Shown piece by piece: positions 1-9,010 of a DNA stretch of 64,000 bases. Numbering within the stretch: the stretch's first letter is position 1; each line of letters starts with the position of its first letter. The position numbers were made by a program, and so were the translations under genes. Source of the stretch: Candidatus Iainarchaeum sp. (GTDB lineage Archaea; Iainarchaeota; Iainarchaeia; Iainarchaeales; UBA10219). The DNA lies in assembly GCA_018304425.1 (NCBI GenBank), contig JAGVWE010000005.1:128001-192000 (forward strand). Direction: 5' to 3'. Below the pieces are notes generated by a model. The model was not told the origin of the DNA. It made no database searches and saw only the letters and a program-made list of their open reading frames with translations.

Positions 1-570
1 CCGCGGAATCGGGAACACGTCGCGGATGCGGGTGAGATGCCCGGGATGCATGACTACCATATCCTTAGGTCGCGCCTTCAACCAAAGCAGGTGACGCCAT
101 TGCCTTTCCCGCACGAGGCTCATCATATAGTAGAGCGCTTCATCCTCTTTTCCCCGGACTGGTGTGTCATGCGGAATCCTGAGTAACCGGGCGAGCGCGC
201 CTTCGTCTTGATAGGCTTTTAGGTTCTCGGTGACGTTCATCGTACTCCGCTTGTCCAGGGGAATGATACGAATCCGTCGGGCATCCAGCCATTTCACGAG
301 CTGTAGATAGCTACCCGTTTCACAGTATGCCAGCCAGTCCGCATGCGTCTTGCCCCTTTTATCCAATTCATGCTGCAGCATGGGAAGCCCACGATTGGCT
401 GCCCGTAGCAACCGCAGGTCATCGGCAGTGACCTCCAAAAAGCACCTTGCACCCAATCTTGCGTAGGCACTCAAAGCGGTTTCAAACCCTTTCCCGCCCC
501 CCTTGTCGTGACTGAACCCGAAGAACATCGGCCAGCCTCCTTTGGGTTCGGTCGGTTTTGCCGGGGCCAT
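1..570 (-). CDS. ORFan, paralogue 1 of a tandem triplet (3' end runs off the window); possible TraB/GumN/ChaN-like fold
   Basis: Not in the ORF track. Hand translation from ATG at 570 gives MAPAKPTEPKGGWPMFFGFSHDKGGGKG...RCFLEV...IIPLDK...RERQWRH...DMVVMHPGHL, open to position 1. Motifs are shared with the next two ORFs. Confidence 0.8.
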   Translation of the reverse strand, partial: MAPAKPTEPKGGWPMFFGFSHDKGGGKGFETALSAYARLGARCFLEVTADDLRLLRAANRGLPMLQHELDKRGKTHADWLAYCETGSYLQLVKWLDARRIRIIPLDKRSTMNVTENLKAYQDEGALARLLRIPHDTPVRGKEDEALYYMMSLVRERQWRHLLWLKARPKDMVVMHPGHLTRIRDVFPIPR

Positions 571-635
571 GAACCAATTACGGCACCGATAAATAAAATG
601 GTTCCCTTTCCCCCCAAGGCAAGGATTTTCCGTGA

Positions 636-1259
636 CTAACCGTGAGGCCGGACTCGTTTGAGCTTCGACTGACTTTCGCGGAATCGCGCGAGCCGGGCGG
701 CTTTGAAGCGTGCCCTTTTTTTCAAGACCCTGCGGTCCATTTTCCTGCTTAGCCATATCCGCCAGGCCTTTGGGATCTTGTCCACGAAGATGCAGTGGCT
801 GGGCGGCACGTGGAATCTGCGCTGGTAACGCCGGAGATGCACCGGGTGCATGACCACGAGGTCGCCCGGTGCCGCCTCGGCGAGGATTGTGTGGCGCCAA
901 CCTCGTTCGCGCAAAAGATCCTGGACATACGTCCGGGCATACCCCGGATTGAGCAGCTTCCGCTTCCAAAGGAACCGGGTAATGCTTTCCCTGTCCAAGG
1001 GCACGATTTTTACGCCCACCCCATGCAACCATTCCATCAATTCGAGATAGGTGGTCGGATTGGAACTGGCCGTCGCGAGGACGGCACCGCCAGCGTTGTA
1101 CAGCTCAGCGTCCCGCTTCCTCACCTCGAGGAAACAACGCACGCCGGGCCGAATGAACGGCGCCAGCCTTTCCTTCATCCCCTTTCCTCCCCCCTCCCAG
1201 TGATCGATTCCGAAATAATTCGGTTCGCCCTTGGGTTCACGGGTTTTCGGTGCCGACAT
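636..1259 (-). CDS. ORFan, paralogue 2 of the tandem triplet, Arg-rich C-terminus
   Basis: FGIDHWEGGGKG, RCFLEV, IVPLDR, RERGW and DLVVMHPVHL motifs match paralogues 1 and 3. Confidence 0.8.
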   Translation of the reverse strand: MSAPKTREPKGEPNYFGIDHWEGGGKGMKERLAPFIRPGVRCFLEVRKRDAELYNAGGAVLATASSNPTTYLELMEWLHGVGVKIVPLDRESITRFLWKRKLLNPGYARTYVQDLLRERGWRHTILAEAAPGDLVVMHPVHLRRYQRRFHVPPSHCIFVDKIPKAWRIWLSRKMDRRVLKKRARFKAARLARFRESQSKLKRVRPHG

Positions 1260-1321
1260 GAAATAATCACGCAGCCGGACAATTTAATCGTTCCGCTCGC
1301 AGCCAGTCAGCAGCCGTAGGA

Positions 1322-2062
1322 CTACTTGCCACGCCAGCGTCTGAAGCGGTTTGCCACGGCATTGAAGGGCGCCCAAACACGGGAACGTCTCGGCTGGGGC
1401 CGCGCTTCCTCAGGCTGTGGTCTCGCTCGGGGTCGCCGTTCCCGCGTCCGCCGCACCAGCGCGCGGCGCGCAAGCAGTTCGGCTTCGCCTCGGAGGCCGC
1501 GCCCGACGACTGCCCGGTCGGGTTCGTGAATCCAGTGCAGGCGTTCCTCCGGCAGGTGCATCCGCAGCTTGAGGCGATAAACGTGGTTGGGGTGCGCGAC
1601 CACGAAATCCACTTGCTCTGCTTCCCGCATCAGGCGCCCGACCCAAGACCTTTCCCGGTGCGTGACAGTGAGCAGCTCGTGCAAGTCGGGCGAGGCCTTG
1701 TCTCCCAAGCGGTGCCGGATGTTGAGCAACGAATTGCGTTCCAAGGGGATGACCGTTACATCCCGGGAGGCCAGGACGCCGAAGACGCGATCATACAGTC
1801 TAGCATTCTTCATTATTTCCCTGCGGTGCCGCTCGAAGTAGGCCTGGTTTTCCCGGAAAGCCTTTGACGCTGCCGGCGTGGACGGCATCCAATACTTTTT
1901 TTCGAGCACGTACAACAGCAGGGGGTCGATTTCCATGAAGCAACGCCCGCCAGCAGCAGCGGCTTCGCGCAGGGCTTGATTGAGGCCCATGCCGCCCCGC
2001 GCCCGGTGGTCGAGGGCAATGAAGAGCGGAATGCCGTTCTTGAACTCGCGCGTGCGCGCCAT
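1322..2062 (-). CDS. ORFan, paralogue 3 of the tandem triplet, Arg-rich C-terminus
   Basis: ALDH..RGGMG, RCFMEI, VIPLER, RERSW and DFVVAHPNHV motifs. ATG at 2062 preferred; the ORF track extends to 2074. Confidence 0.75.
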   Translation of the reverse strand: MARTREFKNGIPLFIALDHRARGGMGLNQALREAAAAGGRCFMEIDPLLLYVLEKKYWMPSTPAASKAFRENQAYFERHRREIMKNARLYDRVFGVLASRDVTVIPLERNSLLNIRHRLGDKASPDLHELLTVTHRERSWVGRLMREAEQVDFVVAHPNHVYRLKLRMHLPEERLHWIHEPDRAVVGRGLRGEAELLARRALVRRTRERRPRARPQPEEARPQPRRSRVWAPFNAVANRFRRWRGK

Positions 2063-2155
2063 GCAATATTCCACGCATTCGGCAAATATAATCGTTTTGC
2101 CTGGCTAAAACGATACCTATATAAACCTCTTCGACGTCAATCTATCAAGATTTTT

Positions 2156-2575
2156 ATGAACGCATTCAAAGCAGCAATCGCACTCTTGATTGTGGGATTG
2201 GTTGTCTTAAGTGGATGCGCCCAGCAGGCGCCCAAGGCACCCGTGACCGAAGAGCCAGTCGCTCCAGTGGTCGAGGAACCCCAGCAGCCAACTGTTGAGG
2301 AGCCTACAGCACCTGTCGTAGAAGAACCCATGGGGCCATCAGCTTCGACCGTGCAGCCGCCCGCCGTTCCGGCAGGACAGCCAGCCATCCAAGCACCTGA
2401 GACTCCCTTGGGAACCTATACCGGGCCAACACCGCAGACAACTTCTACCAAGAACGCGAGCATGTGGGACTGCATCAAGCAGAAGCTTAGCAGCCGGTTC
2501 CCCGATGCCGCGCCCGGGACTATCCCTGACGAAGAGGTAGTCAAGGCCAACAGAGAGTGCGTCGGCTACCAGTAA
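2156..2575 (+). CDS. Secreted lipoprotein with Pro/Glu/Thr-rich linker and small C-terminal two-Cys domain
   Basis: MNAFKAAIALLIVGLVVLSGC signal peptide/lipobox; TATATAAA box near 2118; VEEP repeats. Confidence 0.8.
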   Translation: MNAFKAAIALLIVGLVVLSGCAQQAPKAPVTEEPVAPVVEEPQQPTVEEPTAPVVEEPMGPSASTVQPPAVPAGQPAIQAPETPLGTYTGPTPQTTSTKNASMWDCIKQKLSSRFPDAAPGTIPDEEVVKANRECVGYQ

Positions 2576-2756
2576 AAACACTGAAAGACGGCGCACCGTT
2601 TTTCTACTTCTTTTCTTTTAATTTCGGGCAGGCCTCGCCAGGCCTCCAAGCCCGGCACCTGTCGGCCAGGCAACTTTTTCCCGCATCCCTGCTTCGAAAA
2701 GTAAACTAACAAATTCTTTATAGTGGGGGCGTGTAAGGCATACGAGGGGTGAAAGA

Positions 2757-2858
2757 ATGAACCTTCACACGCTGCGGCGAAGAAGAGAAGAATACCAGTC
2801 AAGCGCTTTTGAAAAAGAAGGGGTTTTCAGGGGCATCAAGTCATTGACCAACTTTTAA
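2757..2858 (+). CDS. Candidate 33-aa small protein MNLHTLRRRREEYQSSAFEKEGVFRGIKSLTNF
   Basis: GAGGGGTGA Shine-Dalgarno just upstream of the ATG; TTTATA box near 2717; shorter than the ORF-track cutoff. Confidence 0.4.
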   Translation: MNLHTLRRRREEYQSSAFEKEGVFRGIKSLTNF

Positions 2859-2881
2859 CGCCAGAACTTACGCGTATTCTA

Positions 2882-2991
2882 TAAAACATTTGACGGCAGA
2901 AATATAGCGCAAGTTATATTCTTGTCAAATGTTTTAAACCCCATTTTACCCAATGGCGGCGGTTGAAGCCTCAAAAACTTCGGCCGCCGCC
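2882..2991. repeat. Two inverted repeats/hairpins upstream of RNase P RNA
   Basis: TAAAACATTTGAC...GTCAAATGTTTTA (2882-2936) encloses an inner stem capped by GCAA; GGCGGCGGTTGAAG...CTTCGGCCGCCGCC (2955-2991). Confidence 0.7.
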
Positions 2992-3059
2992 CCATACCCC
3001 CTACTTCTTTGCTTTCCCAAACACCAAGGTTTTTATTCGCCGACGTGACCAATATATGC

Positions 3060-3280
3060 GTGGGTAGCGGGTGGATGGCTGCGTCCCGAGCCCGAAAGGG
3101 CGAGGGATGAGGAAAGTCCGCCCACCTATCGAAACCAGCGCCAGAAATGGTGCCCGGGGGAACAGAAACGAGACCTGGCCGAAAGGCTGGGATGAAACGC
3201 GCTCCCGGTTGGGTGCAACCCGAAAGGGGCTCAGGCGAATGCCATCTAAAACAGAAGGCGGCTTACGGCCCGCTGCCCAC
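3060..3280 (+). ncRNA. rnpB: RNase P RNA, compact (about 221 nt), type-M-like
   Basis: GAGGAAAGTCC (CR-I), ACAGAAA (CR-II), TGAAAC (CR-III), AACAGAAGGCGGCTTA (CR-V); terminal helix GTGGGTAGCGGG/CCCGCTGCCCAC; T-tract downstream. Confidence 0.95.
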
Positions 3281-3340
3281 ACTTTTCTCTTAACCCCTCA
3301 CGCCAGCAACTTTAATTACTAGTTTGGCCTTATTCTCCGC

Positions 3341-4048
3341 ATGCTGAACTTGATTGTCGCCGGCACCTGCTGGCTGCTTGCAGGGGCAAGCTATTGGTGG
3401 AGCGCGCAGACCGAGAAGCGCAAGCAGGAAATCATGTCCATTCAGTCCACGAAATGCAGGGACCTCGAGCCAGGACGAAAAACAGAAGTCAAGGGCACGG
3501 TGAAAGCCCTTACTCCCCTGCCGGTGCCCGAGCGGCCCGGTGAATGCGTGTACTACCGGATTGAACGCAGGCAGGAACGCATGCACACGCGGCGCGAAGC
3601 CGACGGAAAAATCCATTCGACCCCTGAATGGGAAACCATTGAAGCGCGCACCGAGTCACGCCGGTTCCTGGTGGAAGACGAAACAGGGAGCGTACTCGTG
3701 GACTTGCAGGAGGGTGCGGAAGTCGACGCGCCCCTGGTGGTGGACAAGAACGAGCAAAGCCCGGGCAACACCCTCTCTGCAGGCGGGTTCCGTTTGTCGC
3801 TGGGCGGCGGCAAGCCAACAACCACTAGGGTGTGGGCCCTGGTCCCAGGCCAACCCGTTTACGTCCTGGGCCAGGCGGAAAGCGAGGGCAGCCGGGTGGT
3901 GTTGAAGTCCGGCGAGCAAAAACTCGTCGTTTCCTACAAGTCCGAAGAGGAACTGCTTCGGGGCGCGCAACGCGATGCCTCGTTCGGCAAAGTCATTGCG
4001 GCCGCCCTGCTGGCGGCGGGCGCTGCGGCGTTCTTCCTGATTAAGTAG
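3341..4048 (+). CDS. Membrane protein with GIDE-like domain
   Basis: N- and C-terminal TM helices flank a soluble domain with VKG..PL..P....CVYY, FLVEDETGSVLVD and VYVLG motifs. Confidence 0.7.
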   Translation: MLNLIVAGTCWLLAGASYWWSAQTEKRKQEIMSIQSTKCRDLEPGRKTEVKGTVKALTPLPVPERPGECVYYRIERRQERMHTRREADGKIHSTPEWETIEARTESRRFLVEDETGSVLVDLQEGAEVDAPLVVDKNEQSPGNTLSAGGFRLSLGGGKPTTTRVWALVPGQPVYVLGQAESEGSRVVLKSGEQKLVVSYKSEEELLRGAQRDASFGKVIAAALLAAGAAAFFLIK

Positions 4049-4085
4049 GACGGTATTTATTCTTTTCTTCGCTTGTTTTGGGTAC

Positions 4086-6635
4086 ATGAAACCGGATAAG
4101 CAGGTTAAGGAGGAATTCCGCAAGGCCTGCCAGCGGGAGCCGGAAAAGCATTATCCCGTGGCAAAGCTCCGGGAGCTCGGCCTTTCCCGCGGCACGTGCG
4201 AGAAGTGCGGCAAGAACTACTGGGCGGTGGACGCCACGCGGAAAGTGTGTGGGGATGCGGCCTGCCAGGGAGGCTTCACCTTCATCGGGAACAGCCCGGC
4301 GAAGAAGCAGTTCGATTACCTGGAGGCCTGGAAGGCCTTCGAAAAGCATTTCGTCGACCTGGGCTACAAGTCCCTGCCCCGCAAGCCGGTGGTCGCGCGC
4401 TGGCGCGAGGACGTTTACTGGGTGGGGGCCAGCGTGTACGGCTTCCAGCCCTACGTGGTTTCGGGGGAGATAAAGCCGCCCGCGCGCGCGGTCATCATCC
4501 CCCAGCTCTCCCTGCGCTTCAACGACATCGATAACGTGGGGATTACGGGCTCGCACTACGTGTGCTTTGACATGCTGGGCCAGCTGCACTTCGAGAAAAA
4601 GCAGGACTACGACATGCCCCGCTACCTGGAGGAGTACTTCAATTGGATTCACAAGGGCATGGGGGTGCCGAAGGAGGAGCTCATCCTGCACGAGGACGCC
4701 TGGGCGGGTGGGGGAACCTTTGGGCCCTGCATCGAGTTCTTTTCCCGGGGCTGCGAGATGGGCAACCAGGTGTACATGCAGTATCGTGCCACGGAGACCG
4801 GCAGCGAGGAGTTGGACATCAAGGTGCTGGACATGGGCCAGGGCCACGAGCGGATTCCGTGGTTCACGCAGGGCAAGAGCACGAGCTATGAAACCACGTT
4901 CCCAACGGTGGTCAAGAAGTTGAAGGGCCTCACAGGCGTCAAGGCCGACGAGAAACTCGTGCAGCGGTTCCTGCCCTATTCGGCTTACCTGAACGTCGAC
5001 GAAGTCGAGGACATCGGCAAGACCTGGGCCTTCGTAGCCCGGCAACTGGGATTGGAGGCAAACGCGTTAAAGGGGCAAATCCTGCCCCTGGCCGCCCTCT
5101 ACAGCGTGGCCGAGCACTCGCGCGCGGCCCTGGTCGCCCTACATGATGGGGCCTTGCCCAGTAACGTGGGCGGCGGCTACAATTTGCGGGTCATCATCCG
5201 CCGCGCGCTGGACTTCATCCAAAGGTATGGGTGGAAGCTGGACTTCGCCGAGGCCGCGGCCTGGCATTCCGCGTACTTGAAGCCCCTCTACCCGGAACTG
5301 GACGAGGGCATTGACGAGGTGCAGGAAATCCTGGAAGCCGAGGAAAAGCGGTATGCCGAGACGCGGGAGCGCGCGCACCAAATCATTCAAAAGGAGCTGG
5401 GGAAGGGCGTGTCAGCGGAGCAACTCATTGAATGGTATGACTCGCAGGGGATCAGCCCGGAACTCGTGCAGGAAGAGGCCGCGAAGGCGGGCAAGGAAGT
5501 GAGGGTCCCGGAGGACTTCTTTGCACGCGTGGCAGAAAGGCATGAGCAGGCCGAGCAAAAAACACAGACCAAGAAGGTCCAGCGTGTCCGGTTACCGGAG
5601 GGGTTGCCGGAGACCCGGGTGCTTTACTATAATGCGTGGAAGACGAACGAGTTTTCGGGCAAGGTGCTGGCAGCCGTGGGGCGGATGGTGGTCTTGGACC
5701 AGACCGGGTTCTATCCCACCTCGGGGGGACAGGTGCATGACCTGGGCTCCTTGGAAGGGGTTCCGGTCGTGGAGGCGTTCAAGCAGGACGGGAAAATCGT
5801 GCACGTGCTGGCGGAGGAACCGGCTTTTCGCGCGGGCCAGGCGGTTACCTGCAAAATCGACTTCGAGCGGCGGAAGCAGCTCTCCCAGCACCACACGGGC
5901 GCGCACCTCCTCAATGGGGTGTGCCGGCTTATTTTTGGCAGCCACTGTTGGCAGGCGGGCGCGGCCAAAACCCCGGAAAAAGCGCGGCTGGACATCACCC
6001 ATTTTGAGGCCCTCTCGGACGAGCAGTTGAAGGAAATCGAGGCAAGGGCCAACGAATTCATCAAAAAGGGCGTGCGGGTGGAGAAGCTGCTGGTGCCCCG
6101 CGAGGAGGCCGAGGAAAGGTTTGGCATGCGGATTTACCAGGGTGGCTTCATTCCGGGGAAGCTATTGCGCATCGTGAAAATAGGGGACTTGGATGTCGAA
6201 GCCTGTGGGGGCACGCACTTGGACAATACGTCGGAAATCGAGTGCCTTAAAGTCTTGAACGCTTCCCGCATCCAGGACGGAGTGGTGCGCCTGAACTTTG
6301 TTTGCGGCAACGCGGCGAGGATGACAGGGCAAGGGGAAGCCGGTGCCTTGGGGGAAGCAGCGCGGTTGCTGGGCTGCCGGCCCGGGCAGGTGCCTGGCAG
6401 GGCGCGGGAGCTGTTCGAGAAGTGGAAGGCCGCTAGGAAGCTGGAGAAAAAGGGCGGCGAGGCCAAAAAGGAGTGGTTCGAGTTGATGAGCGACGAGGAG
6501 CGGGGGCTGGAGGCAGGAGAATTATTAAGGGAGGCCGCCGTAATACTTAGCACGCAGCCCGAGCACGTGGGGAAGACCGTGAAACGGTTCCTGGATGACT
6601 TGGCGGGTTGGAAGAAAAAAGGGGGGGCGATTTGA
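4086..6635 (+). CDS. alaS: Alanine--tRNA ligase (archaeal type)
   Basis: VARWREDVY, LRFNDIDNVG, FYPTSGGQ, HTGAH and EACGGTH editing motifs. Confidence 0.97.
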   Translation: MKPDKQVKEEFRKACQREPEKHYPVAKLRELGLSRGTCEKCGKNYWAVDATRKVCGDAACQGGFTFIGNSPAKKQFDYLEAWKAFEKHFVDLGYKSLPRKPVVARWREDVYWVGASVYGFQPYVVSGEIKPPARAVIIPQLSLRFNDIDNVGITGSHYVCFDMLGQLHFEKKQDYDMPRYLEEYFNWIHKGMGVPKEELILHEDAWAGGGTFGPCIEFFSRGCEMGNQVYMQYRATETGSEELDIKVLDMGQGHERIPWFTQGKSTSYETTFPTVVKKLKGLTGVKADEKLVQRFLPYSAYLNVDEVEDIGKTWAFVARQLGLEANALKGQILPLAALYSVAEHSRAALVALHDGALPSNVGGGYNLRVIIRRALDFIQRYGWKLDFAEAAAWHSAYLKPLYPELDEGIDEVQEILEAEEKRYAETRERAHQIIQKELGKGVSAEQLIEWYDSQGISPELVQEEAAKAGKEVRVPEDFFARVAERHEQAEQKTQTKKVQRVRLPEGLPETRVLYYNAWKTNEFSGKVLAAVGRMVVLDQTGFYPTSGGQVHDLGSLEGVPVVEAFKQDGKIVHVLAEEPAFRAGQAVTCKIDFERRKQLSQHHTGAHLLNGVCRLIFGSHCWQAGAAKTPEKARLDITHFEALSDEQLKEIEARANEFIKKGVRVEKLLVPREEAEERFGMRIYQGGFIPGKLLRIVKIGDLDVEACGGTHLDNTSEIECLKVLNASRIQDGVVRLNFVCGNAARMTGQGEAGALGEAARLLGCRPGQVPGRARELFEKWKAARKLEKKGGEAKKEWFELMSDEERGLEAGELLREAAVILSTQPEHVGKTVKRFLDDLAGWKKKGGAI

Positions 6636-6636
6636 A

Positions 6637-6822
6637 ATGAATTCGGCCATCATCGCGTTACTTGTTTTAGCGCTGTTGTTTTCCGGGTGCAATGCCTTGG
6701 AGCGCACGTGCGGGAACGGGGCCTGCGATGGCTGGGAGAACGGCCAGTCCTGTCCCAAGGACTGCAAACCCTTGTCGGAAAAAGAGTTGGTTGGGAGTGC
6801 GGAGGCCAACGCGAATGGATAG
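6637..6822 (+). CDS. Small lipoprotein with Cys-rich motif
   Basis: LLFSGC lipobox followed by CGNGACDGWENGQSCPKDC. Confidence 0.75.
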   Translation: MNSAIIALLVLALLFSGCNALERTCGNGACDGWENGQSCPKDCKPLSEKELVGSAEANANG

Positions 6823-8239
6823 GGCCTTGCTGGCTGGTTTGGTTGGCTTGCTGGTGCTGGGGTTGAGCGGCTGCGCCCAGAAAGCAATTGAAGAACGGGT
6901 GTGGGTGGAGTTGGAGCCCGTGCAATGCCAGGGAAACCCCTGGGAACCGGTTGGAAAAGAGTTTTCAGGGGAAGCCGACGCCCTCAAAGCCTATTACCAG
7001 GCACGAGGTGTTGAGATTTATGACTACCAGTACGTGGAGCGCACCCTGAACACGTGCACGGCTTGTGCTTGTCCGCGGGGAGACAAATACCGGTTGCTGG
7101 TGGACGCAAAAAACAGGGATGCCGTGTTCTTTTGGCCCAAGAAAGCCACGGAAAAGGCGGGCGTGTTTTTCGAGGCCAGCGTGAAGCCTGAAAAAGTGGA
7201 TGCTGGCAGCGAGGTCCTGGTCCAGCTCCGGAACAACTCCATGAAGCCGGTTTACTTCGGGGGCTGCAATGATTATGCCGTGGAGTCCCTGGTTGAAGGC
7301 CAGTGGAGGGAACTGCCCAAGTTCGTCAAGCAATGCGGATGGGAGGGGCTTCCAAAGAAGGCGGAGGGCCAGAATTTCCTGGAATGGACCGAGAACCGGG
7401 TGGACATTCCCGGCAGGCACCGGCTTGTCTTCCAACTGGGCCTAGATTGCCTGGAGCAAAGGCCGCTGAGTGAAGCAAACTGCCGGATTCGCATTCCCCT
7501 GCGCTCCAATGAGTTCACGGTGAACCCGTTGCAGGAAATCCCGGAATCGCAGCTCAGGGCCTGCAGCACCTCCGCGGAGTGCGTGAAAGCCGTGGAAGGC
7601 TGTTGTGACTGTGCCAACGGGGGCCGGAATACGGCCATCAACCGGAAATTTTTGTCTCCCTGGCTGAAGAAACGGGAAGCAGGGTGCCTGACCGTGATGT
7701 GTCCAACGGTTTTGTCGACTGACCCCAGTTGCAGCGAAACGCATTCACCCCAATGCGTGGAAGGAACGTGCCAATTGACCGCCAAGGCCGTGGATGTAGT
7801 GGCGGCTGCCAGGACCCGGTTCAAGCGGCTGGCGTCAGGGCCATTTTCGCGGGCGGGAACGGAAGTGGAAGTGCACAGGGGCAAGGAATCCTTCCAAGGG
7901 CTTTGGGAGAATACGTACGCCCAGTTAGCGCCCAAACCGGATTTGCCGGCCGTTGACTTCAATGCCAGCATGGTGGTGGGCCTGTACATGCAGCGGATTA
8001 CGGGAAGCCCCTATCTCGTCAAGGTGGAACGCGTGGAAGAAACCGATACTGCCCTGATTATATGGTACTCGAAGCGGTATGCCACGCCCGTGGAAATCCG
8101 GAACATCGTGGAATTCGCGCCCTATGAGTTGATTGAGGTGCCGCAGAGCGCGAAAAACGTGGAAATGCAAGTACTTTCCTCGGCCAGCGGGGAGGATGCC
8201 AACGCCTTGGAGCGGAGAGGCGTCAGGCAGTCGGGGTGA
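6815..8239 (+). CDS. Multidomain Cys-rich lipoprotein with Ig-like and PrcB-C-like domains
   Basis: MDRALLAGLVGLLVLGLSGC lipobox; several Cys clusters; C-terminal PAVDFNASMVVGLY...YLVKVERVEE resembles PrcB C-terminal domains. Confidence 0.75.
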   Translation: MDRALLAGLVGLLVLGLSGCAQKAIEERVWVELEPVQCQGNPWEPVGKEFSGEADALKAYYQARGVEIYDYQYVERTLNTCTACACPRGDKYRLLVDAKNRDAVFFWPKKATEKAGVFFEASVKPEKVDAGSEVLVQLRNNSMKPVYFGGCNDYAVESLVEGQWRELPKFVKQCGWEGLPKKAEGQNFLEWTENRVDIPGRHRLVFQLGLDCLEQRPLSEANCRIRIPLRSNEFTVNPLQEIPESQLRACSTSAECVKAVEGCCDCANGGRNTAINRKFLSPWLKKREAGCLTVMCPTVLSTDPSCSETHSPQCVEGTCQLTAKAVDVVAAARTRFKRLASGPFSRAGTEVEVHRGKESFQGLWENTYAQLAPKPDLPAVDFNASMVVGLYMQRITGSPYLVKVERVEETDTALIIWYSKRYATPVEIRNIVEFAPYELIEVPQSAKNVEMQVLSSASGEDANALERRGVRQSG

Positions 8240-8964
8240 AGCACATGCAGGACCCATCTCTGGGAGAAGCACTTGAAGAGCTCAGGACCACCGCTTTATT
8301 CCACATACGGGACGTGTTGAAGCGAGGCAACCTCTCCGAGGCGCAGCGGCTGGCGTGGAAGACCATGCAGCGAAACATTGCGCGCGTGGCCATCGGCGTG
8401 GAGCCCGGGCAAGAGTCCTTGTTCGATGGCCTGGGCTACCGCGTGCAAGGCGAGCACGTGACGCAGATTGCGGGCAACGGGGAACTGCGCGAAGAAATCC
8501 GGTTGCCCAAGGCCTTTCTTTTCCAGCGGGGGCGGCTCACCCTGCAAGGCATTACCACGTTGTTCCACGAGTGGGCACACAACCCGCTGCGGTTTCCCGG
8601 CCTGGGAAACCGCCAGGTCCGTGAGATGGTGGAAGAGCAACTGGCGGATGCCCTGGCCATCAATTTGGGCATCAAGATGGGGTTTCCGCCAAGGGCCTTG
8701 TTCAGGCACCTGGTCGGCCGGATGCCCTTCATCGGGGGAATGGCTTACCGGCGTTACCTGCGGTTGGTGGAAAACTATGCCGGCGAAAAATTCAGGAAAG
8801 TCGAGCGGTTGGCAGCCCTGCAAAGCCTGGCGCGTAGGAGGCAATTCGCGTTGGCTTGGGCGCGCGCCCACCAGCGCCGGCCGGCCGCTGCCTTTTCACC
8901 GGTGCTGAAAATGTTATCCGGTCCTCAGGCAAGGCCGGCAAAAAAACGCCCGCTGATGGCATAA
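8236..8964 (+). CDS. Putative zinc metallopeptidase-like ORFan (HExxH), Arg-rich tail
   Basis: FHEWAH followed by EEQLAD (gluzincin-like third ligand); GTG start overlaps the upstream stop. Confidence 0.6.
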   Translation: MKHMQDPSLGEALEELRTTALFHIRDVLKRGNLSEAQRLAWKTMQRNIARVAIGVEPGQESLFDGLGYRVQGEHVTQIAGNGELREEIRLPKAFLFQRGRLTLQGITTLFHEWAHNPLRFPGLGNRQVREMVEEQLADALAINLGIKMGFPPRALFRHLVGRMPFIGGMAYRRYLRLVENYAGEKFRKVERLAALQSLARRRQFALAWARAHQRRPAAAFSPVLKMLSGPQARPAKKRPLMA

Positions 8965-9010
8965 AAACGTTTATAAAGCGATTTTAGGCTAATGGTGATG
9001 AAGGGATTCC

